From: a virus
DNA length: 64,000 nt
Direction: 5' to 3' (one strand)
IMG/VR virus record: IMGVR_UViG_3300035669_000001
Coordinates: 1 to 64,000 of that record
The notes beneath the pieces were generated by a model. The model searched no databases. It worked only from the letters and a program-made list of their open reading frames with translations, and was not told where the DNA came from. The position numbers were made by a program, and so were the translations under genes. This document shows positions 19,475 to 27,812 of this stretch, one piece after another (position 1 is the stretch's first letter; every line of letters begins with the position of its first letter).

Positions 19475-19718
19475 TCGAAATGGCGCGGTGGGCTGGTACA
19501 ACCTCAGCTCTGGCTGTGTGTTGCAACTGATCCCGACGAAGTTTCTTCCCGGAAAAGCCTATTGGGAGACCGGAGAGGAAGACGAGTACGTTCTTGGCAC
19601 CTTCATCTGTTGGGCAGTAGGGGTCGATGCGGTTGTCCAGGAGAGTGTTGACGAGATCATGGTCATGCTCAGCCGACCTCAGGCCATGATAAACGAGGGC
19701 AGGATGGCCTCGTGGTGA
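19455..19718 (+). CDS. Hypothetical protein
   Basis: MFLKLT...VQESVDEI pattern; SD GAGGA. Confidence 0.6.
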   Translation: MFLKLTDRNGAVGWYNLSSGCVLQLIPTKFLPGKAYWETGEEDEYVLGTFICWAVGVDAVVQESVDEIMVMLSRPQAMINEGRMASW

Positions 19719-20194
19719 CCCTCGTGCTGGAGCCGCTGGTGTACTACACGGATGGCTCCTGCTGGCCCAACCCAGGCCCTGGTGGATGGGCAGTGGTGAA
19801 GGAGGTAGGCGAGGGTGAGTACGAGGCTGTGGGGGTCGGTTCTGCCATCCTCACGACCAACGTGCAGATGGAGGGCCAGGCGCTGATCGAGGCCATGGTC
19901 ATCACCTCGGGCCTGACAGCGGTGATCCACACGGACTCGCTGTTCTGGGTCCAGGCGATGACGGAGTGGGCGTCGGTCTGGGAGCGCAGCGGGTGGAAGA
20001 ACTCCAACCACGAGCAGGTCAAGAACCTGGTGATGGTCAAGCACCTGTGGGGCCTGTACCAGCGGGGCAACGTGGGCCTCAGGTGGGTGAGAGGCCACTC
20101 GGGCTTCGCCGGCAACGAGTACGCCGACCAGGTGGCAGATGCAGCACGCAGGGGCCGAGAGCCCTTCACACGACCAGAGATGAGGACGGCATGA
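19712..20194 (+). CDS. rnhA: Ribonuclease HI
   Basis: YTDGSC.PNPGPGGWA, TTNVQME, IHTDS, WVRGHSG..GNEYAD. Confidence 0.95.
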   Translation: MVTLVLEPLVYYTDGSCWPNPGPGGWAVVKEVGEGEYEAVGVGSAILTTNVQMEGQALIEAMVITSGLTAVIHTDSLFWVQAMTEWASVWERSGWKNSNHEQVKNLVMVKHLWGLYQRGNVGLRWVRGHSGFAGNEYADQVADAARRGREPFTRPEMRTA

Positions 20195-20493
20195 CGGCAG
20201 TAGTAGCCAAGCGCTGGCTCAGCGACCAGGTACTGGTCGCAAGTATCGAAGGACCCAACAACGTCTACTCCTCGGTAGTCAAACAGATGCTCGACCAGCT
20301 GGACTCCCTGCTCAAGGAGAGGCCACGTCCGGACGACGACCCAAGTCACACGATCGTCTTGGTGCATCCCTACCCGAGTCAGTTCTCCCGAGAGGTAGTG
20401 GTGTTCCGAGGTAACAGGACGGAGGTCATCCGTGAGCTGCAGCATCTTGCCGATGAGCTGAGGTACGAGATCTACCAGGAGGAGAAAGCATGA
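20191..20493 (+). CDS. Hypothetical, paralog of next gene
   Basis: IVLVHP...EVVVFRGNRTEVIREL. Confidence 0.65.
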   Translation: MTAVVAKRWLSDQVLVASIEGPNNVYSSVVKQMLDQLDSLLKERPRPDDDPSHTIVLVHPYPSQFSREVVVFRGNRTEVIRELQHLADELRYEIYQEEKA

Positions 20494-20786
20494 CGATATT
20501 GGGGTCCAGGCAGATCGTTTCCAAGGAGGTGCTGATGAGGGGCTACGCGCCTGCCCAGGTGTGGGAGCAGGCAATCGGCAGGCAGCTGAGGAGCATGGAC
20601 GAGAAGGACAGGGAGCACCCAGGAGAGGTGGGGGACATCACGATCATGCTGATCCACCCCTCGGCGGATGTACCTGATGCTCACGAGGTCAGGATCTTGA
20701 GAGGGGACACCAGGGAGATGATCCATGAGCTCAAGGGCTTCGTGGACGACCTGGAGATGGACGCAATCGTAGGAGCCAAGAAGTGA
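20490..20786 (+). CDS. Hypothetical, paralog of previous gene
   Basis: IMLIHP...EVRILRGDTREMIHEL. Confidence 0.65.
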   Translation: MTILGSRQIVSKEVLMRGYAPAQVWEQAIGRQLRSMDEKDREHPGEVGDITIMLIHPSADVPDAHEVRILRGDTREMIHELKGFVDDLEMDAIVGAKK

Positions 20787-20989
20787 GCTATGTCATCGGG
20801 AGGTTCTTCAACGGCCATCCCAACACCGTCTACGCGACCCCGTACCACACCCTGGAGGAGGCCCAGTACAAGCTCTCCCAGATCACCCCGCTGGGTGATG
20901 TGAGGATTTATGAGCTGGTGGAGCCTACCTTGCCTGCTCGTGAGCAGGATCTCGAGGACGAGGACACTACATTGCCTGAGGAGCACTAG
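20783..20989 (+). CDS. Hypothetical protein
   Basis: GTGA-coupled start. Confidence 0.6.
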   Translation: MSYVIGRFFNGHPNTVYATPYHTLEEAQYKLSQITPLGDVRIYELVEPTLPAREQDLEDEDTTLPEEH

Positions 20990-21310
20990 GTGAGCGACAG
21001 GTCGTACAACTGGGTCATCGACCAGATGGGTCTGGACCCCCGAGAACCCCAGCCCAAGTACTTCGGGCTGCAGAGCGGGCACGAGTATCACACCATCGAG
21101 ATGGCCTCCCCACTAGGGCTGAAGATCTTCGGCTTCGGGTGGGACGAGGACTTCTGGTTCTACCGCAGAGGCTGGAAGGGGCACTTCGACCGGGTGGCCA
21201 ACGGCTACTGGGAGGACGGCGACCCCAACTGGTCGAGGGTCAGGAAGGAGATGCGGACGGTGAGTGACTGGAACCCCGCTGCTGCCTTCAAGATCCCGGT
21301 GGTGTGGTGA
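20990..21310 (+). CDS. Hypothetical Trp-rich protein
   Basis: SD GAGGAG; high GC3. Confidence 0.6.
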   Translation: MSDRSYNWVIDQMGLDPREPQPKYFGLQSGHEYHTIEMASPLGLKIFGFGWDEDFWFYRRGWKGHFDRVANGYWEDGDPNWSRVRKEMRTVSDWNPAAAFKIPVVW

Positions 21311-21314
21311 AGTT

Positions 21315-21749
21315 GTGAGCGTCTATGACCAGATGAGAGGCGAACTGTCAGATGCCCTGTACGGGGTATTTGATACCTCTCCCCAGTCGGTCCTGGTGAT
21401 GGCTGCGTTGCAGGTTCAGGCGATACAGGCAGAGGCCCTGGTGAGTATCGCCGAGACCTTGGCCAAGAGGGAGGAGCGGAAGACAAACCCGAAGCTCCGC
21501 ACCTTCGGGAAGGTGGGAGAGGTGGCCTGGACTCCTGACTTCCCGTCAGGAGTGGTCAAGCTGGCTGACATGGTGGTCCAGACCGAACTGGCTGACGAGA
21601 TCTACGGAGGTGACCCGACGCAGTACCACCGTCCCCAGGATCACAACAAGGGCAAGCGCGGGTACTTCCACATCGGGGACATCCATGAGTGCGACCGCTG
21701 CATCAAGGCAGCTACAGAGTCTCTACCGGAGGAGCAGGACAATGGCTGA
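21315..21749 (+). CDS. Hypothetical protein
   Basis: C-terminal H..H..ECDRC. Confidence 0.55.
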   Translation: MSVYDQMRGELSDALYGVFDTSPQSVLVMAALQVQAIQAEALVSIAETLAKREERKTNPKLRTFGKVGEVAWTPDFPSGVVKLADMVVQTELADEIYGGDPTQYHRPQDHNKGKRGYFHIGDIHECDRCIKAATESLPEEQDNG

Positions 21750-21978
21750 CCAGGACATCAGGGACACAGCGCCCAACCAGTGCCCGAGCGAGTTCGGGGG
21801 CTACACCGCCAAGGGCAACGGAGAGCCCCACGACCACAGGTGCGCCTGGGACGAGGGTCACCCGGGGCACCACAACTGCTACTGCGACGGTGTGGAGTGG
21901 AGCAACCTGGTCTGGACCCAGACAGGCAAGGTTCCGGTCCAGAGCATCAAGCTGGACGGCAGTGTGGTGACGGCATGA
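21742..21978 (+). CDS. Cys/His-rich microprotein
   Basis: CPS...HRCAWDEGHPGHHNC. Confidence 0.6.
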   Translation: MADQDIRDTAPNQCPSEFGGYTAKGNGEPHDHRCAWDEGHPGHHNCYCDGVEWSNLVWTQTGKVPVQSIKLDGSVVTA

Positions 21979-22109
21979 TCGAGGAGGGTGAGGTCGTCGT
22001 GGTCTGGTGCTGGCAGTGCAAGCAGGACACCGCCCACGTCGTGGTCAGCAGCGGCGGGGAGATCACCCTGGCAGAGTGCGAGACCTGTGGTGCGGAGGAC
22101 GAGCTGTGA
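21975..22109 (+). CDS. Zn-ribbon microprotein
   Basis: CWQC...H...CETC, ATGA-coupled. Confidence 0.65.
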   Translation: MIEEGEVVVVWCWQCKQDTAHVVVSSGGEITLAECETCGAEDEL

Positions 22110-22405
22110 GTATCAGGACTTCGCCGTACTACTGGCTGGAGTGTGATGCACCAGGGTGTGGTGCGAACAGCACTGAGGGTGATGACTACACCGCCTACGG
22201 GACCGAGGAGGGCGCCAAGGAGCAAGCGCAGGACGCAGAGTGGAAGCTCATCGAGGATGGTCGGCACTACTGCTACGAGCACGCCATGTATGTCTGCATG
22301 GAGTGTGGTGCTCTCGACCTGACCGAACTGGCCGGGGAGCGTGACTACCTCTGTGTGTCGTGCTTCTCCAAGACCAGAGAGGTCGAGGAGGTGGCTTCCC
22401 CGTGA
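22106..22405 (+). CDS. Double Zn-finger protein
   Basis: CDAPGC...HYCYEH and CMEC...CVSC. Confidence 0.7.
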   Translation: MSIRTSPYYWLECDAPGCGANSTEGDDYTAYGTEEGAKEQAQDAEWKLIEDGRHYCYEHAMYVCMECGALDLTELAGERDYLCVSCFSKTREVEEVASP

Positions 22406-22614
22406 ACCTCAACCTTCTGAGGCATGAGCACTACGCAGGAGAGCCTGCTGTGAGGAACGGCCGCACAGACCCCGTCCAGTGCTTCAAGTGCAAGCAGGCC
22501 TGGCCCTGTGCCACCCGGCTGCTGCTGGACGAGGTCGACAACCGGGACTACGAGATCAAGAGGTTCAGGGCTCTCCTGGAGGAGGCCGAGGTGGAGCAGG
22601 TGACACCACTGTGA
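22402..22614 (+). CDS. Zn-binding microprotein
   Basis: H...CFKCKQAWPCAT. Confidence 0.65.
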   Translation: MNLNLLRHEHYAGEPAVRNGRTDPVQCFKCKQAWPCATRLLLDEVDNRDYEIKRFRALLEEAEVEQVTPL

Positions 22615-22850
22615 AGACCTACGCCTACGTCACTGTGGAGCCCTCCTATGCCTGGAACGGCAACGTCACGGGCTTCAAGATGACCAAGATCCGCCAGAAC
22701 AAGCCTGCAGATGGACGGATCATCAAGGTCACCATGGAGCTGCCGGACAAGTTCTTCGACCCCGAGAACATCCAGGTGCAGGTCAGCGTTCCCGAGACTC
22801 CAGACCTCCCTGAGCCCAGTGCCACAGGTGAGGAGATGTATCTGACATGA
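22611..22850 (+). CDS. Hypothetical protein
   Basis: GTGA-coupled start. Confidence 0.6.
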   Translation: MKTYAYVTVEPSYAWNGNVTGFKMTKIRQNKPADGRIIKVTMELPDKFFDPENIQVQVSVPETPDLPEPSATGEEMYLT

Positions 22851-23044
22851 GCGACCCTCCCTACGAGCAGGCTTCGGTCTACTGGGCGGCCTTTCTGGCG
22901 GCCTACAAGAGGGATCAGGTGGCGCTGATGGAGACTGTGCGTGAGCTGGGTGTTACTGACGCCATGGACCTCCAGCACATCTGTGTACGCATCACAGCGG
23001 CCTGTGAGGTCCAGATTCGGCTCAAGGTGAGGGAGGGCGAATGA
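22847..23044 (+). CDS. Hypothetical protein
   Basis: ATGA-coupled start. Confidence 0.55.
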   Translation: MSDPPYEQASVYWAAFLAAYKRDQVALMETVRELGVTDAMDLQHICVRITAACEVQIRLKVREGE

Positions 23045-23301
23045 GGTTCGTGATGCTGTCCCTGGAGATGCCCCTGCTGGACGAGTGGCGCGAGTGGCTC
23101 ACCCAGCACGGGCTGGTGCCAGACGACATTCCCAACGGCTCTGTGCTGTTGTGCGACGACGAGACAAGGACGGTCCAGGTGGAGGTGTACGTGCGGGACG
23201 AGAACGGCTACCTGGTCTCTGACGGCCGTGAGGGGGTCCTCAGTGACCTGAGGACAGTACAGCTGGAAGCGCCGGCGCTGTCCTTCCCCGGGGAGTCGTG
23301 A
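23041..23301 (+). CDS. Hypothetical protein
   Basis: WLTQHGL.P.DIP...RDENG motif; SD GGAGG. Confidence 0.65.
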   Translation: MRFVMLSLEMPLLDEWREWLTQHGLVPDDIPNGSVLLCDDETRTVQVEVYVRDENGYLVSDGREGVLSDLRTVQLEAPALSFPGES

Positions 23302-23534
23302 TGGAGATCGAGGTGCTCGGCTACCAGGAGATCGACTACTGGATAGCCCGCAAGCAGCCCGGCTACAACGTCTGCAACGCCGTGGTCAGGCACCGCCTGG
23401 GGGCCACTGCGCCCTGTGTGCTGGAGAGGGGCCACGAACAGCCCCACGAGGCCATCTTCATCGTGAGGTACGAGGGTGAGGCCAAGGAGAGGCTTGCTGA
23501 GGACGGCTACCCGGAGGAGGAGATGGGCACATGA
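23298..23534 (+). CDS. Cys/His microprotein
   Basis: CNA...PCVLERGHEQPHEA. Confidence 0.6.
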   Translation: MMEIEVLGYQEIDYWIARKQPGYNVCNAVVRHRLGATAPCVLERGHEQPHEAIFIVRYEGEAKERLAEDGYPEEEMGT

Positions 23535-23641
23535 CCATCAACCCCTGGGGCTGGGCTGTGATAGGGCTCAACGTGGTCCTGGTGGTCCTGGTGACGATGG
23601 TGCTGCCCTTCTTCTTCGTCCGGAACGGGAGGCACCAGTGA
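23531..23641 (+). CDS. 36-aa single-TM peptide (not in ORF track)
   Basis: MTINPWGWAVIGLNVVLVVLVTMVLPFFFVRNGRHQ; coupled at both ends. Confidence 0.65.
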   Translation: MTINPWGWAVIGLNVVLVVLVTMVLPFFFVRNGRHQ

Positions 23642-23841
23642 TTACTCCCGAGGGATACCAGATGGGGCCTGTGGTAGGGCACGTCTACTACTTGCGCTGC
23701 CTGAACTGCGGGATGACCATCGAGGACAACTCCAGCGGCCAGTGGACCTCGGTCCACACTGCCTGGCACGACCGGATGCTCGCCTACATCTCCGACATGC
23801 TCGGCGCCCTCAACACTCTCAAGGGAGACCAACGTGCCTAG
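23638..23841 (+). CDS. Zn-finger microprotein
   Basis: CLNCG...HTAWH. Confidence 0.65.
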   Translation: MITPEGYQMGPVVGHVYYLRCLNCGMTIEDNSSGQWTSVHTAWHDRMLAYISDMLGALNTLKGDQRA

Positions 23842-23983
23842 TGCCATCACCTACACAGACGCCTTCGAGGTCAACGGCCAGAAGATCAAGACCTGCTCCT
23901 GCGGCGCCCTGGTCTTCGACACCTCCAAGCACACCAGCTGGCACAACGACCAGTTGTCCAAGGGACAGGAGTACCGCAGATGA
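23834..23983 (+). CDS. Zn-finger microprotein (not in ORF track)
   Basis: MPSAITY...CSCGALV...HTSWH; SD GGGAG. Confidence 0.6.
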   Translation: MPSAITYTDAFEVNGQKIKTCSCGALVFDTSKHTSWHNDQLSKGQEYRR

Positions 23984-24171
23984 GTGACCTCACCCTGGCC
24001 CAGGAGAACTCCGTACGCCTGGCTCAGAGGTGCGCCAGGCAGGCTATGTCCATCCAGGCTGTCCAGAGGGTTCACTACTCGTCCTTCACGGACCCGAACG
24101 GGCTCACGCTGTGTCACGAGGACGGACAGAAGTACCCCTGCACGACCATTCGACTGTTGGAGATGGAATGA
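23980..24171 (+). CDS. Zn-binding microprotein
   Basis: H...CHEDGQKYPCTT. Confidence 0.6.
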   Translation: MSDLTLAQENSVRLAQRCARQAMSIQAVQRVHYSSFTDPNGLTLCHEDGQKYPCTTIRLLEME

Positions 24172-25103
24172 GAGCGTCGGTACAGAAGGCCTGGTACCCC
24201 TGGGCGGCAGAACACGAAGGTGTCTGTACCTGGATGTACCCGGATACCCATAGGACCAAGGACGGCAGGTGGGATCCCCTTCCCACCACCGGGATAGGCA
24301 CCCAGTTCGGCGAGGGGCCCGAGACCCAACGCAACGTCAACTCCTTCGGGCTGTCACTGCCCTGGAAGACTGCTACCGGCAACTACGTGCGTGAAAGTGC
24401 GATCGTCAAGGAGTGGGAGAGGCTGAGGGGATTAGGCCTGATCGGAAGCGGTTTCGCTTATGAGTCCAAGGCCAAGCTCTTCCTGGACCAAGATGTGGTG
24501 CAGTGGTGCTTCGAGACCGACACCATCCTCAAGTGGGCCTCTGCTGACAAGACCTTCCCTAACACAGAGACCTGGCCTGCCTCAGCACAGCTGGCCTTCA
24601 TGGACATGCTCTGGTGGATGGGGGCTTCCTTCTTCGAGTCCTGGCCCAAGCTGAGCGCGGCACTGCACAGTGAGGACTTCTTCACCGCGGCCAGGGAGTG
24701 TGTCTCGGTGGCCAAGGCTGACCGGGACTACGAGCACCAGCAGCTGTTCACCAACGCTGGCAAGGTCGTGGCTGCCTACATCGACAAGGAGCACCTCTGG
24801 ATGCCCAAGGACGTCGTGATACCGATCACTCCACTCGGAGCAGAGACCTACCCGGCTCTGGTGGTCATCAAGGCCTCCCAGATAGCCAACACCCCCACCA
24901 AGTTCAACCTCCAGGCCTGGTACGTCCAGCGGATGCTCAAGAGGCTGGGGTTCTACACAGGGGCTGTAGACGGCCTGTGGGGCTCTGTGAGCGCCAAGGC
25001 CATGAACGCCTTCGTGGTTGACGCCAAGCACACTGGCGGGCTCTCAGCGGCCAACCTCAAGCTGCTCAGTGCCAAGTCCCGGTTCTTCCTGGACGTGGTC
25101 TGA
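24168..25103 (+). CDS. Second endolysin: lysozyme-like domain plus peptidoglycan-binding domain
   Basis: HEG...MYPD...TTGIG (T4-lysozyme-like E/D/T), WPKLSAAL..EDF..AARE; C-terminal VQRMLKRLGFYTGAVDGLWG. Confidence 0.8.
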   Translation: MRASVQKAWYPWAAEHEGVCTWMYPDTHRTKDGRWDPLPTTGIGTQFGEGPETQRNVNSFGLSLPWKTATGNYVRESAIVKEWERLRGLGLIGSGFAYESKAKLFLDQDVVQWCFETDTILKWASADKTFPNTETWPASAQLAFMDMLWWMGASFFESWPKLSAALHSEDFFTAARECVSVAKADRDYEHQQLFTNAGKVVAAYIDKEHLWMPKDVVIPITPLGAETYPALVVIKASQIANTPTKFNLQAWYVQRMLKRLGFYTGAVDGLWGSVSAKAMNAFVVDAKHTGGLSAANLKLLSAKSRFFLDVV

Positions 25104-25255
25104 TGGACCCGCTGGCCAAGGCCTTCGCCGCGGCACTGGTGGTGACCGCTCCTGGGACGTTCGCCTTCATGGTGAACTGGCTCAGGTCCCACCGGGACAC
25201 CAGGCACAGGAGCAGGAAGTGGAAGAAGGCCCACAGGAAGCGCTGGAAGCGATGA
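25103..25255 (+). CDS. 50-aa TM peptide with basic tail
   Basis: MDPLAKAFAAALVVTAPGTFAFMVNW...RKWKKAHRKRWKR; TGATG coupling. Confidence 0.6.
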   Translation: MDPLAKAFAAALVVTAPGTFAFMVNWLRSHRDTRHRSRKWKKAHRKRWKR

Positions 25256-25329
25256 GCTGGCTGCCCACTGTGGCCTTTACAGTGATCGTGGTGGTGATGG
25301 TGATGTTCCTCTGGAGGCACCGTGGCTGA
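25252..25329 (+). CDS. 25-aa TM peptide
   Basis: MSWLPTVAFTVIVVVMVMFLWRHRG; ATGA coupling. Confidence 0.55.
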   Translation: MSWLPTVAFTVIVVVMVMFLWRHRG

Positions 25330-25435
25330 CGCACTGGCGTGGTTCCTGGTCTCCATCATGGTCGGCCTCATGGTCGGGGACATGGTGGGTGGTATCTGGT
25401 CGCACTACCTGAAACATCATGGGCATCGGCGCTGA
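25322..25435 (+). CDS. 37-aa TM peptide
   Basis: MADALAWFLVSIMVGLMVGDMVGGIWSHYLKHHGHRR; SD GGAGG. Confidence 0.5.
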   Translation: MADALAWFLVSIMVGLMVGDMVGGIWSHYLKHHGHRR

Positions 25436-25514
25436 CCTCTGGCTGGCCTTCCTCGTGGGATGCTTGTACTGGCCCATGACGGGCCTTCGCATAACCTCAG
25501 AATGGAGCAGGTAA
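25419..25514 (+). CDS. 31-aa hydrophobic peptide
   Basis: MGIGADLWLAFLVGCLYWPMTGLRITSEWSR. Confidence 0.45.
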   Translation: MGIGADLWLAFLVGCLYWPMTGLRITSEWSR

Positions 25515-25603
25515 TGACTCGGAACGGCTACTACGGCGTTGGTGGAGTGATCGTGGTCGTCATCATCGTGCTGATCTTCCTCAAGGTCTTCCACGTCATC
25601 TGA
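25514..25603 (+). CDS. 29-aa TM peptide
   Basis: MTRNGYYGVGGVIVVVIIVLIFLKVFHVI; TAATG and TGATG coupling, SD GGAG. Confidence 0.6.
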   Translation: MTRNGYYGVGGVIVVVIIVLIFLKVFHVI

Positions 25604-25860
25604 TGGACGAGCAGCTCCTCATCAAGGGCCTCGCCTATCTCTCGTGCTCCTCACTGGTCTGTTCTGACCTCGGGATCGGGGACAGGTCCGAGACCTCCCA
25701 GGTTCTCAAGCGCGCCCAGGCCCACATGGAGTCCTGGCCCGAGGACAGGGAGGACGAGGTCACCGACCAGGGTGAGGCCATGATGGCAACGCTCGCCAAC
25801 GACCTGTGGGAGCAGGGCGAGATGATGATCCGGGAGGCCCTGACTCTTGATGCACAGTGA
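25603..25860 (+). CDS. Hypothetical acidic protein
   Basis: Coupled start; high GC3. Confidence 0.6.
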   Translation: MDEQLLIKGLAYLSCSSLVCSDLGIGDRSETSQVLKRAQAHMESWPEDREDEVTDQGEAMMATLANDLWEQGEMMIREALTLDAQ

Positions 25861-25883
25861 TACAAAGACTAGGTTTTGTATCA
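25858..25883. promoter_or_regulatory. Operator-like inverted repeat
   Basis: TGATACAAA-N8-TTTGTATCA, overlapping TATCAT -10-like hexamer, directly before an RHH-like gene. Confidence 0.55.
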
Positions 25884-26059
25884 TGGTGAATCAGACTGAA
25901 CGAACCCACCCGGTGATTACTCGGGTCAAGCCCGCAGGACTGGCGAAGATCAACGAGCTTCGAGGTGAGTGGAGCATCAGCGAGTACGTCAGGCAGGCAC
26001 TCGGCCTGGCTGTGAAGCAGGGCCTACGCGGTCCTCGGAAGGTTGACCTGTACCTATGA
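25883..26059 (+). CDS. Ribbon-helix-helix DNA-binding protein
   Basis: VITRVKPAGLAKINELRGEWSISEYVRQAL. Confidence 0.7.
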   Translation: MVNQTERTHPVITRVKPAGLAKINELRGEWSISEYVRQALGLAVKQGLRGPRKVDLYL

Positions 26060-26382
26060 CCACCCCTAGCCAGAACCTGCTGGCCTTCTTCGACTCAAGC
26101 CACTACGTCAACACCCGCCTGCAGCCCCTTGCCAAGATGTGCGAGCAGCTGGCCTGGAACATGGAGGACATCCTCCCGGACGGCCCAGAGAAGACCGCTG
26201 GCCTGAGGAAGCTCCTGGAGGCCAAGGACTGCTTCGTCAGGGCTGCCCTGACGATCTACCCCAACCCGAAGCCGGAGGACACAGATGTCCAGGAGTACGT
26301 CCCGGATACCCGGGAGGTCATCGGATTCAAGATCCCCCTGGCAGACCCCCGTGACGAGGACGTGATCGGGAGGGTGGAGTGA
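26056..26382 (+). CDS. Conserved phage helical-hairpin protein (Acb2/Tad1-like?)
   Basis: FF..SH...LQ...LPDGPEKTAGLRKLLEAKDCFVRAA. Confidence 0.5.
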   Translation: MTTPSQNLLAFFDSSHYVNTRLQPLAKMCEQLAWNMEDILPDGPEKTAGLRKLLEAKDCFVRAALTIYPNPKPEDTDVQEYVPDTREVIGFKIPLADPRDEDVIGRVE

Positions 26383-26693
26383 TGACCGGTGTGACAGATG
26401 ACCGCAACGACCCGGGCCTTGCCAAGGTCGACCCACAGACTGGACTACAGGAGACCTACCTAGTGCTCTCTGACGAGGAACGTACCAAAGACCTTGTCAG
26501 GCCTGTACGCCGTTCCTACCTGCACCTGAAGTGCGGTGGGGTGACCACGATGGGGCGCAAACTGGCTGAGACCTACGCGAGAGACCCGAAGTTCTACGAC
26601 GGAACCTACTGTGCAACTTGTCGGTACCACTATCCAGTGGGTGAGAACGGTGAGTTCGTCTGGGAGGGAACAGACGAGAAGGTGGGAACCTAA
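26379..26693 (+). CDS. Conserved phage Zn-binding protein
   Basis: YLVLS.EER...VRPVRRSYLHLKCG...AETYARDP.FY..TYCATC. Confidence 0.7.
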   Translation: MMTGVTDDRNDPGLAKVDPQTGLQETYLVLSDEERTKDLVRPVRRSYLHLKCGGVTTMGRKLAETYARDPKFYDGTYCATCRYHYPVGENGEFVWEGTDEKVGT

Positions 26694-27511
26694 CTGAACC
26701 CCTTGGCCTTGGCCCATGTCTCCAGGGCCTTCACAGCCTTCCCGGCCTTGGTGTAGCGGGAGACGATCCCCTTGCGCCAGTCCTGTGTGGAGGCCCACAG
26801 GAGGACGTCAGGGTCGGGCACAGGGGCAGGAGCGGTGACAGGAACGAGCACAGTGGCGTCTCCCTGGCGGTTCAGCAGCATCTCCTTGGTGTCTGCCTCG
26901 CTCATGTAGAAGCGTCCTCTCAGACCCCAGGTCTCCCTCCAGTGGTTGGTGAAGCCCACACGTCCCCTGTTCGGGTCCCACTCGTCCACGCAGAGCTCGT
27001 GGCCACCCCTCTCGATGGAGGTGGGGGTGATCTTCACCAGCCCCTCTGGATCAGGGTCGTCGAAGGTGTCCATCCAGCCCATGCCCATGATGATGCGGTG
27101 CTTCTGGAGGGCTCCCATGAAGTCGTCCCAGGTGAAGATGTGGGAGTAGCCCGACAGCAGCCCCAGCTGCACCGCAGCCTTGCCTCCTGCTAGCCCTGAG
27201 GTGCCGGTGTCGACCTTGCCGATCTTGGTGTCGTACCAGCCGGGAAAGGGGTCGAGCTTGGTCGCCAATGAGTAGCCCGCTACTCCGTACTCGAAGGTGA
27301 AGATCCCGGGTGGAACGGTCATGAAGAAGGGATCCGAGCCCAGCACGTCCAGGATGGAGAAGAACACGCACGCGCCCACGCCGTCCTGGTCCAGGATGCC
27401 GATGTTGGACTCGTGCTTGACAGGGCCGTAGGTGAGCCCTCTAGGCGCTGTGAACGCGTACGCCCTGCTCTTGGGGTCGTGTTCCAGCCTGCGTCCGAGT
27501 GTTCCTGGCAT
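26690..27511 (-). CDS. Papain-like (C1) cysteine peptidase
   Basis: DQDGVGAC (oxyanion Gln and catalytic Cys), GGHEL (His), FTNHW...WGLRG.FY (Asn). Confidence 0.85.
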   Translation of the reverse strand: MPGTLGRRLEHDPKSRAYAFTAPRGLTYGPVKHESNIGILDQDGVGACVFFSILDVLGSDPFFMTVPPGIFTFEYGVAGYSLATKLDPFPGWYDTKIGKVDTGTSGLAGGKAAVQLGLLSGYSHIFTWDDFMGALQKHRIIMGMGWMDTFDDPDPEGLVKITPTSIERGGHELCVDEWDPNRGRVGFTNHWRETWGLRGRFYMSEADTKEMLLNRQGDATVLVPVTAPAPVPDPDVLLWASTQDWRKGIVSRYTKAGKAVKALETWAKAKGFS

Positions 27512-27812
27512 TTCTCTCCTCAGTGTCTTGGGCCAAGGCCTCTGCGTGGGCCATCACCTGGTCGTAGCCCGACTGGGCCAGTGCGCGGATCTTCATGCCG
27601 TAGTCCCGAGGCTCCCAGGGCTTGCCCTTGAACATCAGCTCCATCAGGAAGTGGATGTCGGAGTGGGCGTTGCAGCAGATCTGGACCTTGTTCGAGGCCA
27701 CGTTCTTGCCCCCGTACCCGAGCGGGAAGACGTGATGGATCTCGTAGGAGACCTTGGACTCGTGGACGTGGCACACGAACCCGGTGTTACTCCTGGCCAC
27801 GGTGGCACTCAC
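27441..27812 (-). CDS. HNH endonuclease-like
   Basis: EIHHVFPLGYGG...NKVQICCNAHSDIH. Confidence 0.75.
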   Translation of the reverse strand: MSATVARSNTGFVCHVHESKVSYEIHHVFPLGYGGKNVASNKVQICCNAHSDIHFLMELMFKGKPWEPRDYGMKIRALAQSGYDQVMAHAEALAQDTEERNARNTRTQAGTRPQEQGVRVHSA

